From Phaeosaccion multiseriatum (lineage: Eukaryota > Protista > Ochrophyta, other classes): DNA of 64,000 nucleotides. The position numbers and the translations under genes were made by a program. The notes beneath the pieces were generated by a model. The model was not told the DNA's origin, did not search any database, and worked only from the letters and a program-made list of their open reading frames with translations. The stretch's first letter is position 1; each line of letters starts with the position of its first letter. This document shows positions 50,221 to 62,272 of this stretch, one piece after another. The stretch spans positions 248,001 to 312,000 of the forward strand of contig OZ218956.1 of NCBI GenBank assembly GCA_965112735.1, read 5' to 3'.

Positions 50221-51963
50221 CGCGCATTTGTGAGTGTGTGTGTGTGGGCGGGGCTACAGTAGGGCGGAGAGGGAGGTATTGGGAGGGGACGAGTCAACAA
50301 AGCACTAGCCTAGAGCACTTGGAGCCTCCTCCCCTCCCCTCCCATCCCCCCGCCGTACGCACCTGCGTTAAAGAAGTAAGGGCTTTGTCTGCCGCTCTTT
50401 AACGTGAAACTGCCGAAGCGAAGCACCTCCTGCCCAATTGAGCAACAGCCCGGAGGGGAGGGGGGTTTAAAAATGGTCAGTCGCAAAGTAACTGCGTCAA
50501 AGCAAGGGAGAGAGGGAGCACGGGGAGAGAGAGAGAGGGAGAAAGGGAGAGGGAGAGAAAGAGAGAGATAGAGAGAGGGAGGTCCGCAGAGAGGGAGGGA
50601 GGAGGGACAGGGAGAGAAGGGTATATAGAGAAAGAGCGCTGTTTCAGCAGCGCAGCTACGGAACATGTTTTCTCGCAGAGTGCAGTCGAAGGAGAAACAG
50701 GGCATCGAGAGCCGAAGGGGGTTGAAGTGTAAGCGTGTGTGTGAACCCCGAGGGGTCGGAGGGGTGGTAGTTTGTATGCGTGTGCGTTTGTGGACTGCGA
50801 GAATGAAAGATAAGATAGAGGGAGAGAAGCATGCAGCGAGAGAGGGGGGGAGAGAGGGAAAGGGAGCACGACAAACATGGGCCGTCACTCACTCACTCAC
50901 TCACTTACTCACTCACTCACTCACTCAGTTACTCACTCAGTCAGTCAGTCAGTCAGTCAGTCACGCACTCACTCACTGACCTGTGCAAGGGAAAACTCGA
51001 TGAACTCCTTTTGATACGGAGCAAGCGCTGCTGTATCACCGCCTGCCGCTACTGCTGCTGCTGCCCGTCCCTCCCCTGTTCCTGCTGCTCGCCCCGCAAC
51101 TGCCTTCCTGGCAGCGTTGATCCGGTCTCTGAAGCCCTTGGCTGCCATCCCCCTGTCCTCCTCCTGACTGATCCCCCTGGAGATGGGCATGAGTAGTCCC
51201 ATGCCAGCCCCGTCTAGCGATAGCCCTGCAGCGCACGCAGCCTCTAAATCGCCCCCCTGGGCCCCGATGCCTATGCGGGAGAGGGGGTTACAGGGGACAA
51301 AGGGATGGCGGCGGTGAGCAAGGAAACAGAGGGACGGCTAAGGACCGCTGATAACCGACAAGGGCAGCTGGGCAGGGGGTGCATGGAATCCGTTGGGGGG
51401 CAATGCTGTAGTAATCAGTCTGCCAATCTGCCAGTCCCCCCCCCCCTGCCTCCCTCCTCCTTCCTCGCCATCGGGGCTCATCTGCCTCGCTCCTCCCCCA
51501 CCCTGCTCATAGTGTGTGTGTGAGTGTGATTCCTGCATATTGTGGCTCAGACTGACGTGCAAATTAGTCGATTCAGCGTCCTCTAAATAGGGGACTCTCG
51601 TTCTTGGTGTCGTGTGTCTCTTCCTTGCCAACATGTGCTCCCTCCTCCCCAAGACTCGCTCTGAGACGCCACATCAACACTTTTAGTTTCAGACTTGGTT
51701 GCTGCTTTGCTTCTCCTTCCTTCTCATCCTTGACGTCAACACTGAGAAAAGTCAACGTCGACCTTTGCCCATACGCCTTCCCCTCGGCCATCCTCACCTG
51801 GGGCAAGTATCCACAGGTCTGGGGCCGCTGCCCTCGCCTTACGTAATGCCTCTGCATCTGTGGCCCCCACCACGAGCCCTACGTTGTTGCTTGTATTCCA
51901 AGATTGGCACAGGCTGGCCACCTGGAGGCGATACACAGCAGTTGGTGATATCGCAGCTGAGTC

Positions 51964-51996
<33 letters not shown>

Positions 51997-52718
51997 CAGC
52001 CCATGCCTGTCCCGCCAAGAGTAGGCACCGCGCTCGATGGATTCCCCTATCAACACACACGCACCTCCTCGAACAGCTGCCTTCCCCCGGCCTGCAAGCG
52101 GAGCGTCTGCAGCTCGTTGGAGGAGGGGTTGGACGTTTTGCACAGCACGAACACGCCCCTCGACGCCTCGGAGAGGAACGGCTGCACAGTGTCAAAGCCT
52201 GGGCGAGACAACAAAGGGAGATCGGGCAGGAGGTCGTGGGTGATGACTGGCTGGGCCGCAAACCCTTGTTCCTCTCTTCTCTCTTTCTTCATCCCTCCCA
52301 GTCCCGTTGCAACCCCTTCTTGCTCACCCATGTACGCGTTGAGTGTGATGGAGTGCGCCCCCAGCTCCTCAAAGGCCGCCGTGGCATAGGCAGCGGCCGT
52401 TGTGCCAATATCCCCCCTCTTGGCATCCAGCAGCACCGGGATGGCGGGCGGCACAAAGGCGATGCACTCCTTCAGCGCCGCCACCCCCTCCGCCCCGAAC
52501 GCCTCGAAGAACGCCGCATTGGGCTTGTATGCCACGGCGTAGTCGGCGGTCGCTGTGATGATGTCCTTGCAGAACTGCAGGGCCCCCTGTGGAGTCTTGT
52601 CGGTGAGCTGCCCCACGTGAGGATCCAGCCCCACGCACAGCAGCGAGTCGATGGCCTTGGCTCTACTGCTCAGCTTGTCGAAGAAGCCAGCCCCGCCCAA
52701 GGACGCGAACTCCGCCAT
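49620..52718 (-). CDS. Bifunctional orotidine-5'-phosphate decarboxylase / orotate phosphoribosyltransferase (UMP synthase, OMPDC-OPRT order), 6 exons
   Basis: N-terminal OMPDC motifs: [59 protein letters not shown]-terminal OPRT motifs: [53 protein letters not shown]. Confidence 0.95.
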
Positions 52719-53065
52719 GCTTTCACACCACTCCCCCCACAAAGAAAGGAAGGGAAGGAGAAAGGAAAACTCGATATTCGATTTCTGAATTTGGGATCAT
52801 GAGAGCTGAAATTTTCAATTTTCGATGCAAATAAAAAATTTCCCCGTTGCCCATTTCCAATTTCCAACCTCATGGCCCCCCGACAAAAGAGATGACAACA
52901 TATCAAATATATACGCGTGGGGCGTGTTCGCTTTGAGGTAATGGTGGACGGACCGGAGAGAGGAGGGCACGGGCCATGAGCGAGCCGCGGGCACTGTTCG
53001 CGCGGCTGCGCATTAGGGGGGGGCGGCGTCAGAGGGGCAGTCCGAGTGTGGCGCGTGGTGAGGAG

Positions 53066-56000
53066 ATGGGGAACCATGGCAGCAGTCAAATACTTCTACG
53101 TCGGAGTAGGAGCAGCAGCAGCAGCAGCGTTGGCAGCAGCATTAGCAACGGCAGCAGCAGTAGTGGGAGCAGCTGTAGCAGTAGTAGTAGCGGCATAGGC
53201 GGGAAGGAGAAGGTGAGCGAGCTGTCCCTCGTCATCGACACGGAGGACTGTTGCCTCGAAGAGGGGGGCTGTGGGCAGCGAGAGGAGGAGCAACGGCAGG
53301 AGCAGCAGCAAAATGCCGAGACGCTGGAGGAGGGCGCCCCTCAGGGGTTTGGGGCCAGTACTGGCACTGGCGGGTCCCGCTCGAGCTGGAGTCCGACCCA
53401 CGATACGCTTCGCTCTTGGCGTTCCGACGGGGGGGACGGGCCACTGGGCTGGATGGACAGCTGGGTGGATGGGTGGATGGGCTCGGCGGGGAATGGGGCA
53501 GGACCGGGGGGCAAAACCGCCGGGACAGAAGGCGCCGGGGAGGCAATTGGCGAGGCACCAGACGGGGGCAACCAGGAAGGGGGGGAAACGAAATGGGGGA
53601 TGGGGGAGGCCCGCCCCACCCACAGGCGCCGGCACACAGACGGACTCACCCCAGTAGACCTACCCCATCGCGAGAGTGAAGGGGGTGGGCAGCATGTCAT
53701 TGGGGGCACTTCGAGCATAGAAGGAGGGGAAGGGAAGCGAGGGAGCGCGGAGAAGAAGGGAAGGAAGGAGGAGACAGACACCCTCATCGCCACGTTTTCC
53801 CCGGAAGACGAGACAAACAGTCAGCGGAGCTGCTTCACGAACCATCAGGAGGAAGGAGGGGAGGAGTGGCGGTCCCAGGTCAGCGGGCGGTCTGAGCTCA
53901 GCGACAGCGGGAGGGGGGGGGGGGGGGAGGAGGATGTGGACAGCGACGAAGAGCAAGAGTGGTGGGAGGCTCTGGCGTGGGACGAGGACTGCAGGGCGGC
54001 GGTAGGAAAACCCGACAAGGTCGACCTCCCTGAGTTCCCAACCATGTCGGAGGCGCCAGGGGCAGAGGAGACGAGCACGAGCCGGGGACATGTGCGATTG
54101 AGCGAGAGAATCTCGCAGGGCTTTACCAGCATGGCCTCTCCCTCGAATCATGCTGCGGCTGCGGCTGCCATGGCTGCTGCCTCTGCCGACAGCTCAGCCA
54201 AGCCGCACCCCTCGCTGCTGCGAGCCAAGAGCGCTGGGTCGGTCTTCTCGTCCCTGAAACGGCGGCCTTCAGGAAACTTGCTACGAAAACGGGAGAATGT
54301 CATCGTACCCCCCGGTTTGTCTCCCTGGCTGGGAGATGACAGCCCCGGCTCGACTTCATCGTCGTTTCTGGCCGAGCTGGGCAGGGCTCGGCTGTGGGGA
54401 GGAGGAGGCGGAGGAGGAGGGGATGCAAGTCGCCGCGGCAGTGGCAGAGGCCTACAGTCTTCTTCACAGGGGGGCAGACGCACCGTCTACAGTGGCAGAG
54501 GCCTACAATCTTCTTCACAGGGGGGCAGACGCACCGTCTACAGTGGCGGAGGCCTACAATCTTCTTCACAGGGGGGCAGACGCACCGTCTACAGTGGCAA
54601 ATCGGGTGCGGCTCTGGAGAGACGGGGCAGCGCACCGGCCGAATTTGCGGCGGGCAAGAGGAGTAGCAGCGGCGGTATTTCCTTCTTCCGCTCCAACAGT
54701 GTCTCCTCCTCCTCCTCCTCCTCCTCCACCACCACCTCCGCCTCCGCCTCAGTCGGCGGCGGGGGCGGGGGGGGGGGCTTGTTCAGCAGCAACAGCAGCA
54801 CCGCTGTGATGAGCAGCCGAGACGGGGCAGGGAGTACCTTTGGCTCCTCCTCCTCCTCCTCCTCCTCCTCCTCCATATCCTCGCGGCGGGGTAGTGTGGA
54901 CACGGGGGAGGCGCGCAACTTGGTGCTGTCGGGCAGGGGCTTGAGGCGCTTCCGGCCTTACTGCGTCTCCAAGTACACAGAGGAGAGCTACGGTGAGTGC
55001 ATGTCTTGTTTGGTATTGGAGAGAGGCACATGGCGGTAAATGGCAGCAGATGGCGGCAGATGGCGACGCAGCAGCAAGCAGCTGGTGGTGCAAACAAGCC
55101 GGCGGAGGGGAAGAGACTTACCACGCGCCTCTTACCTCACCTCACGTCCCTTCCATGTCCATACTCATACCAATCCGGCTTCCTCTCCTCCCCCTCTGCT
55201 ATCCATAAGCATGCTTGCCTAAACGCCCGCCCGCCCCTCCTATACGTATCTCATACATCTCCCTCCCTCCCTCCTCCCAGATTTCATCATCCTGCACCTT
55301 CTCACTAGTCTCCCTCCTCGCCCATATGCCTCCACACCGCCCTCTCCCTCCTCGCCAATATGCCTCCACCCAACCCCCCCCCCCCTCCCTCCCCAGACTT
55401 TATCCTCCACGTGCACGAGGTTCGAACCCTTCAAGTGGAGCGGTGGAGGGCCTTTCCCGCCTCCAAACGCAAGGAGCACGTGATGGCGGTGCTCAGGGCC
55501 TTCCTCGCCATCAAGGCCGTGTACATTGATGAGGACGGACCTAAGGCGGTCAACATTAGCCATCGGGCCAAGGGAAGGTTCCTGGATGCGTTGGGAAGGG
55601 TCACCCGTTTGGCAGAGATGCACGCGGAGGGCTTCCGGAGACTGATGAAGGAGCAGGAGAGGGAGGACAGGGACAGCTGCAGAGAGCAGCAGGCACTCAA
55701 GGAGAAGCGGAAGGCCAACAAGAAGAAGATGTTCAGGGGGAGCAAGAAGAAGAGGGCCAAGCAGAAACAGCAGCAGCAGGAGGAGGAGGAGGAGGCGGTG
55801 GTGGATGGAGAGGATGGCAGTGGATTGGGCGAGGCGAGGGAGGCGGAGGAGGACGACGAGGAGGAGGGGCAGCAGTGGATGCATTGGCTGGAGCGGCAGC
55901 GGCAGAGGGAGCAGGATATGGAGTGCGACATTGAACTGTTCCGCGAGGCGCTCGACTCTCTCGGAGGGGTGGAGAAGGAGGTACTGCTCGTGCTGCTTGG

Positions 56001-56088
56001 CTGCATGCACGAGTGGCAGATGTGGACAGAGCAGCAGCGGAAGGTCGGGGGCAGGAAGGTGCTGCCGCCTCTGAGTGAGGTGGGGTAA
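53066..56088 (+). CDS. RGS (regulator of G-protein signalling) domain protein with a long disordered N-terminus; exons ~53066-54992 and 55397-56088
   Basis: Spliced GLRRFRPYCVSKYTEESY-DFILHVHE...IKAVYIDEDGPKAVNISHRAK...LGGVEKEVLLVL resembles the RGS box (F..F....FSEEN..F......I...FI....P.EVNI). The start MGNHGS fits the N-myristoylation consensus; an upstream in-frame ATG exists at 52976. Confidence 0.7.
54439..54599 (+). repeat. 51-bp coding tandem repeat x3 (SGRGLQSSSQGGRRTVY)
   Basis: Units start at 54439, 54490 and 54541. Confidence 0.95.
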
Positions 56089-56791
56089 GGGGTGGAGGGG
56101 GGAGACTGACCTCACCCAGCCTTTGGGTTGGGTTGGGTTGGTCAAGGTATGTGTTTCGCGTGTACATATCGTGGTAGAGAGAGCGAGGGAGGAAAGGATG
56201 AATAGTATTATAGGTAGGGTGTGGATGGATGAGAGCAGCTCGGACAGAGCGAGCGAGAGAGAGAGAGAGGGGGGGGGCTTGCCTAGTGCGGTGTGGAGGA
56301 GGAGAGAGCTTCGGCCGCCGCCTCTCCACTTCTTCTGTGTGTCTCGCCCGGCACCCCCCTACCCCAGAGGGACAGAGATGTCCGTCCCACCTGTACATGA
56401 GGGATGGGAAACCTCTGCGGGTAGGGAGGGGCCCAGGGATACGCACGGGACGGATTGATTGGGGCGCTGCTGTCCGACGGCGGCAGGGATTGTTCTTCGT
56501 CGTTGAGGCAAAGGTGCGGGTATATGGGTATATGGGTATATGGGTATATGACTACATGAGTCGCTATGTGATGCAAGACAAGCAACACATGGGGTAGGGT
56601 TATTATCCGGGGCCGTTTTTTAGATTGTGTAGCACTTCTAAGTATGTTGAGCGTTTCACCATGGATGTTGTTATGGCGTGATGAAGAGTTCTCGTAGGTC
56701 TTCCACGAGTCGGAAAGAGAGGGGAGGGGAGGGGAGGGGAGGGGATGGAATCGGGGGGGGTGAAAGCAACCCCCCTACACCTGCCTAACCC

Positions 56792-57991
56792 TTAGTTGGT
56801 GGCCTTTGGCGGTCCTTGACGGACGGATGGTCCTTGACGGGCGGCCTCCACCATCCTTCGCATGGCCTCTACGGCGTCTTTCAAGTGGCTGCCCTGCTGA
56901 GCGGACACGGGGATGACCCTGAGAGGGGTGCACGCCCGCAGCCGGGGGAGGTGATGAGCCGCCTCCGGAAGGTCTACCTGACACACATATTCGAGAGAGA
57001 CAGACAGACAGACAGACAGAGAGAGAGAGAGAGACATTAGAGATACAGAGAGACAAAGATTGGACATGGAGTGCTTGATGCGATAATCATGAGAATGATA
57101 CGACTGAAACTCGCCACTCCCACCATCATACACACACACACACAGAGAGAGAGAGCCCAGGAAGGCGGCGCCCTTCTCTTCCTCTTGTTCGAGACTGACC
57201 CCATCATGCCCATATGCTCCGCCCCCCCCCGTCTTGCGGGTAGCGTTCGTGTGAGCGAGCTCTGGAGCGTACGATCTATCGATGTTCGTTCTTCGGCATT
57301 TTTTACAGGCCGACAAACTGAGTTTGACATGTCGTGTCGTTACGTAATCTTTCTTACCTTGTTGGCGATGACCATGGAGGGCAGGCTGGCAACCAGAGGG
57401 TCATACTGCTTGAGCTCCTCGTGAAGGGCGAGAAGGTCCTCACACGGATCCCGCCCCTCCGACCCCGCGGCGTCCACCACGTACAGCAGCGCCTACGTCG
57501 GAACAGTAGTCGGCGGGCAGTTAGACGGACAGCAATCTAGTTTCAGTTTCAGTTCGTCATACCCTCTGATCGCCCTCACGATCCTCACTACTTCTACAAT
57601 TGTATACTACCACCCAGTCTCCACTCATAAATTCGAGGTGTAACCGGTGTATATAACCGGTGTAACCGTACCTTGTTTCTCTCGACATGGCGGAGGAACT
57701 CGTGCCCGAGGCCCTTGTTGAGGTGTGCTCCGGTGATGAGGCCCGGCATGTCCGCCACCACCAGCCGAGTGGCATCCTGACACCCGGTAGGTAGTTGGTA
57801 GAGTGAGTAGTTACCCCAGGGGCACAGGCAGCAGTTTTAGTTTCAGCTCGAGCAAATCGCTATCGATACGCTCCAAGAGCTCGCTGTGCTCAGTGCAAGG
57901 ACCAACCGGCTCAGCAGCATACCAACAAAGCTCCGACCAACTGGAGCAGTCAGTCCGTCAGTCAGTCACACACAAACACACGCACACACAC

Positions 57992-58047
<56 letters not shown>

Positions 58048-59559
58048 CGAGTAGCACACGTGGCCCACCATGGGGCGCATCGTGGTGAAGGCGTAGCTCG
58101 CCACCTTGGGTCTCGCCGCAGAGATGCTACCCAAGAAGGTGGACTTGCCCGCGTTGGGGAAGCCCACGAGCCCCACATCGGCGATGGTCTTGAGCACGAG
58201 GCGCAGCTTGAAGGATTCTCCTGAGGAGCCGGGCAGCGTCAAGGGGCTCATGGGCTTGGAGCCGCGGTTACCCGTGGCTGTGATGGAGTTGCCCAGCCCT
58301 CCCCTGCCCCCCTTGGCCACCAGCACGCGTGCATGGGGCTCGTCGAGGTCCGCCAGCAGCTCGTCGCCATTAACTCCTCTATCCCGGCCAAGCTTCTCCT
58401 CCTCGTCCTCCTCCTCCTCCTCCTCCTCCTCCTCCTCCTGCTCTTCGTCAGCATCCCAGTACTGGCTCCACGGGTCCTCCTGCCGCACTTTGTACACAAG
58501 CGTGCCCGCCGGGACTTGTAGCACCATGTGCTTCCCCGTGCGGCCCTTCATCTTGTCGGCTGAAATAGATACATACGGCAGTTGGTGGTACAGCACGAGT
58601 TGATGCATGTGCATGTTGGTCAGCAACACCAGAGGATGGGGTGAGAGTGGAGTGAAGGGGGGAGGGGGGGTGTGTAGGACTCGACTCCAGTGAAGCGTAG
58701 AGGAGTGGCTGGAACAGCAGAGAGGGGTTAAGCAGAGCGTGGGCACTCAAGGAAGTGACTCCCAATCGCTTGCCCAGGTCACAGGCAGCAGCCAACCCAA
58801 CCCAACCCAACCCAAACCAAACCGCAAGCCCCCCCTCCTTCACCACGTACGTCCTCCATTGGTGCCGTGCCCTCCGTTGTAGTGGTACACATCGAAGGTG
58901 AGGCTCTGCTTGGCGGCCGTCGCCTCTACGTACACGTTTCCCCCGCCTCCCCCATGCCCTCCCGAGGGCTTCTTCGAGCCTGGTCCACCGACTGAAGGCG
59001 GGGAGGGAGGAGGGGGGGGGGGGGCATCAAGACGAGTCGGAGGAGCTGAGTACTGCGAATTAAGATGTGGTGAGTTGATCCGCAACGCCCCTTCCCACAG
59101 AAAAGAAGGAACGACTTGACTCGACTCTCTCTGCACACCAGCCGGTCCCCTTCGAGTTCACGCACGCACACACATGCCCACCCACGTCTGCCCACCCACT
59201 CACCTTGCAGGAAGGCGACGCAGCCCTTCCCGCCCCTCCCCGCGTTGACGTGCACTGTGGTCTGATCGACGAACTGAGGAGGGAGGGGTCGCCAATGGTC
59301 GCGTCGCAAAGAAAGAGAGAGAGAGAAGCATTTGAGCAGAGTTTCAGTAGTATCGAGGGGAGAAGTGGGGGGAGGTAACAGGAGTAAGGTCCAGCCTGAT
59401 GAGCTGAAAAGCTCAGTTGGAAGAGCTATAACAATCCACGTTGCCACCCTTCAACTCCGCCCCCTTATCTCCTCTCTTTAAGCCACACCTTGTATTTGAC
59501 GGCACTCTTTTTCCTCTCGGCAACTCCCTTCCGCTCCTGGTCGTAGAACACGCCCCGCC

Positions 59560-59602
<43 letters not shown>

Positions 59603-59764
59603 AGATCGTGACTGTCGTCGTCCTGTTTGCTGGACAGAGAGCAGAGAGGACCTGCTACCGCTGCTGCTTCTTCTACTGAGGCACCACTCCCGAGTGCATG
59701 GAGGGCAGGTACCGGGGAAGGGCCGCATCCGACAAGAGCGAGGCACTCGGGAAAGCCACAGCAT
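56792..59764 (-). CDS. Obg-family GTPase (ObgE/MTG2-like, probably mitochondrial), multi-exon
   Basis: [57 protein letters not shown] (G1), YAFTT (G2), ADMPGLI (G3), [18 protein letters not shown] (G4), PVSA (G5). Arg/Ser-rich N-terminus; start codon approximate. Confidence 0.9.
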
Positions 59765-60033
59765 GGGGAAATGGGGAAGGAGGAAAATGGAAAATGACAA
59801 ATCCACAAAATCCAAATCCAGCAAGTATGTCAATGATCGAGACTTTGAGTTTAAGTTGTTATGCTCCTCGCTGGCGATTTATTGTGTGTAGGGGAGGAAA
59901 GAAGAAACCACACAACACCAACAGAGTAAGGCTCGGTCGGGGATCTTCATCTCAGATACGCTTCACCGGCAGAAATCGCAAGCCAAGGGACGGAGAGGAA
60001 GGAGAGGGGGGGGGAGAAGGAACGAAGCACCCG

Positions 60034-61581
60034 ATGGCTCTTCCTCGACCAGGCAAAGCCAGCCCGGAAGGACCGGGCTATGGCGAGGCTTTCGATACGG
60101 GAGAGAAGAAGTCGGGTATTGGAAGCTTTCCTCAAGCGCCGCGCGGCGCTGGCAGCAGCTTCCAACCGCCACGCGCGCCTGCAGGCCCAGTGGGGGGCTA
60201 TAGTGGCGGGCAACCGTCACAGCAGCAGCAGGGAGGGAGCATCTACGGCGGGGGTGGTAGTAATGGGGCGGCTCAAGCGCCCACAATCGGCACTTTCCCC
60301 TCTCCGGGGATGGGCTACGGAGGCGGGGGGGGGCAGCAGCAACCGTCGCAACAGCCGCAACGGCAGCAAGTGCCCCAGGCGCCAGCGGGAGGGTGGAACG
60401 AGTGGAGTCCCGCCGCCATGCAGGACCCCGTCAACAAGCAGGTAAGCCTGGCCAGACCTGGGAGGAGAGGGGATCGGGGTGAACGCACCTAGATGCGATG
60501 ATGCTGGCTTGCTGTGGGGGAAGGAGGGTGGTCGTGGACCAGTAGAAGTGTATTTCCATACCGATGGAACAGACCAGGGGGTGTGATGGTGATGTCCTCG
60601 GCCTGTTCTACCTACCCTTGCCCCATGCAATGCACAGATGATGGATATGGGCTCCAGCATGGCGCAGAGTTACATCAGCAACACAATGGCGGCGTACCAG
60701 CCGGGCGTGGCGGGCATGTGGGCCCACCTAAAGTACTACTTTGCCGTGAACAACAGCTACGTGCTCAGGAAGCTCAAGGTAAGAGGCAAGGTAGGCAAGG
60801 CGGAAGGAAGGGCGGTAGGGCGGTAGAAGGAGAAGGGGAGGGGGGCAGAGACCGGGGGTGGGGGCTGTTTGGGGGCTGGACCGATGCCCACATCGGGGTG
60901 CCGAATGTGCCGAATTCGTTCTCACATTCGTACAGGCGACGCCGCCTTCTCTGACCCCTGCCTCACTTACGTACATAATAATACTTATGATGCATCTTTT
61001 GCTTTTGTGACGCCCCCTGCTTGTCAGATCCTCCTCTTGCCCTACCTCCGCAAGAGCTGGGCGCGGCAACAAGCTGCAACCGACGACGGCCAGACCAAGG
61101 TACGGAGGGAGCGGCCTTCCTTCCCTTTCCTCTGTCTATCGCGCCCCTTTTGCTTTTCTCTGGCCCATGCCGCCCCCCCTCTTCCCCCCTCCTCTCTGCA
61201 CCCACCCTCTCCTGCCTTGCCCAATGCTATGTCCCTCCCTCCCCCCTTCCCTGGCCCCTTTTGTGTCTCACGATCTCGATGCATCACATGCCTGCCGCTG
61301 CTACACGCCTAAAATTGGGTCTCTCAGTTCGCCCAAGCATGCGTGGATGACAATGCGCCTGACCTCTACCTGCCCCTCATGAGCTTCATCACCTACATCC
61401 TCATCACTGGCTTTGTCAAAGGGTGAGTCAACGGCCGCGAGAAGACGGGCTCATTTCCTCCAAGCGGCAGGAGAACAAATGGCAGTCAATGGTGTATCCA
61501 CCTAGCGAGAGGACGGGACTCTTCCCCCTCTCGCGCGCCGCTGTTGTGCGGTGTGCCCTTCCTGGTATTGTCCTTTCTCTC

Positions 61582-61625
<44 letters not shown>

Positions 61626-62272
61626 CTCGCCCAACCTCCCCTGACCCACCCCTCCGCCTCTCTCTCTCTCGTTCGCTTGCTTGCCCGCTCGCTCTCCTCG
61701 CACACGCAGCAAAAGCGGCTCCTTCACCCCCGTGGTTCTGAGTGAGGTCATGAGTGCATGCATGGTCACACAGCTGCTGGAGCTGCTGCTCATGAAGCTG
61801 GGGCTGTACCTGCTGGGGGCTCAAACGGCGCTGCTTGACGTCCTTGCCTTCACCTCGTACAAGTACGTGGGCTTGTGCGTGAACATGACGCTCGGAGTCC
61901 TGACGGGGGCTCGAGGGTATTATGTGAGCTTCTTCTGGACATCCTTCGCCATGGCATACTTCATGGTGAGGGAGGGAGGGAGGGAGGGAGGGGAGGGAAG
62001 GAGGAAGGGATACATACGTCGCTGCATACGGGAGAGGCGCGTCTTCAGGAAGTTCTTCAGGAAGTTTGTATGCACCCCGCCCCTTCTCACCTCTGTTGTC
62101 CTGCTGTCGTGTATGTGTGTGTGTGTGTGTGTGTGCGTGCGTGTGTCAGTTCAAGACGATGGCGCACTCCATCCCTGTGGGCGCCGCTTCGAGGGAAATC
62201 TTCGTGCTCGGCTTCGCTCTTCTGCAGCTGTTGGTGATCTGGTGGTTGGGCTACACAGGGGATCTTCAATAG
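60034..62272 (+). CDS. YIF1: YIF1/Hrf1-family ER-Golgi membrane protein, multi-exon
   Basis: LKYYFAVNNSYVLRKLKILLLPY, DNAPDLYLPLMSFITYIL, LLDVLAFTSYKYVG, AYFM-FKTM and a C-terminal TM helix. Confidence 0.9.

Noticed and set aside
7674-52718. Pyrimidine gene cluster (nucleoside transporter plus UMP synthase)
   Set aside because: The two genes are separated by unrelated genes; proximity is compatible with chance.
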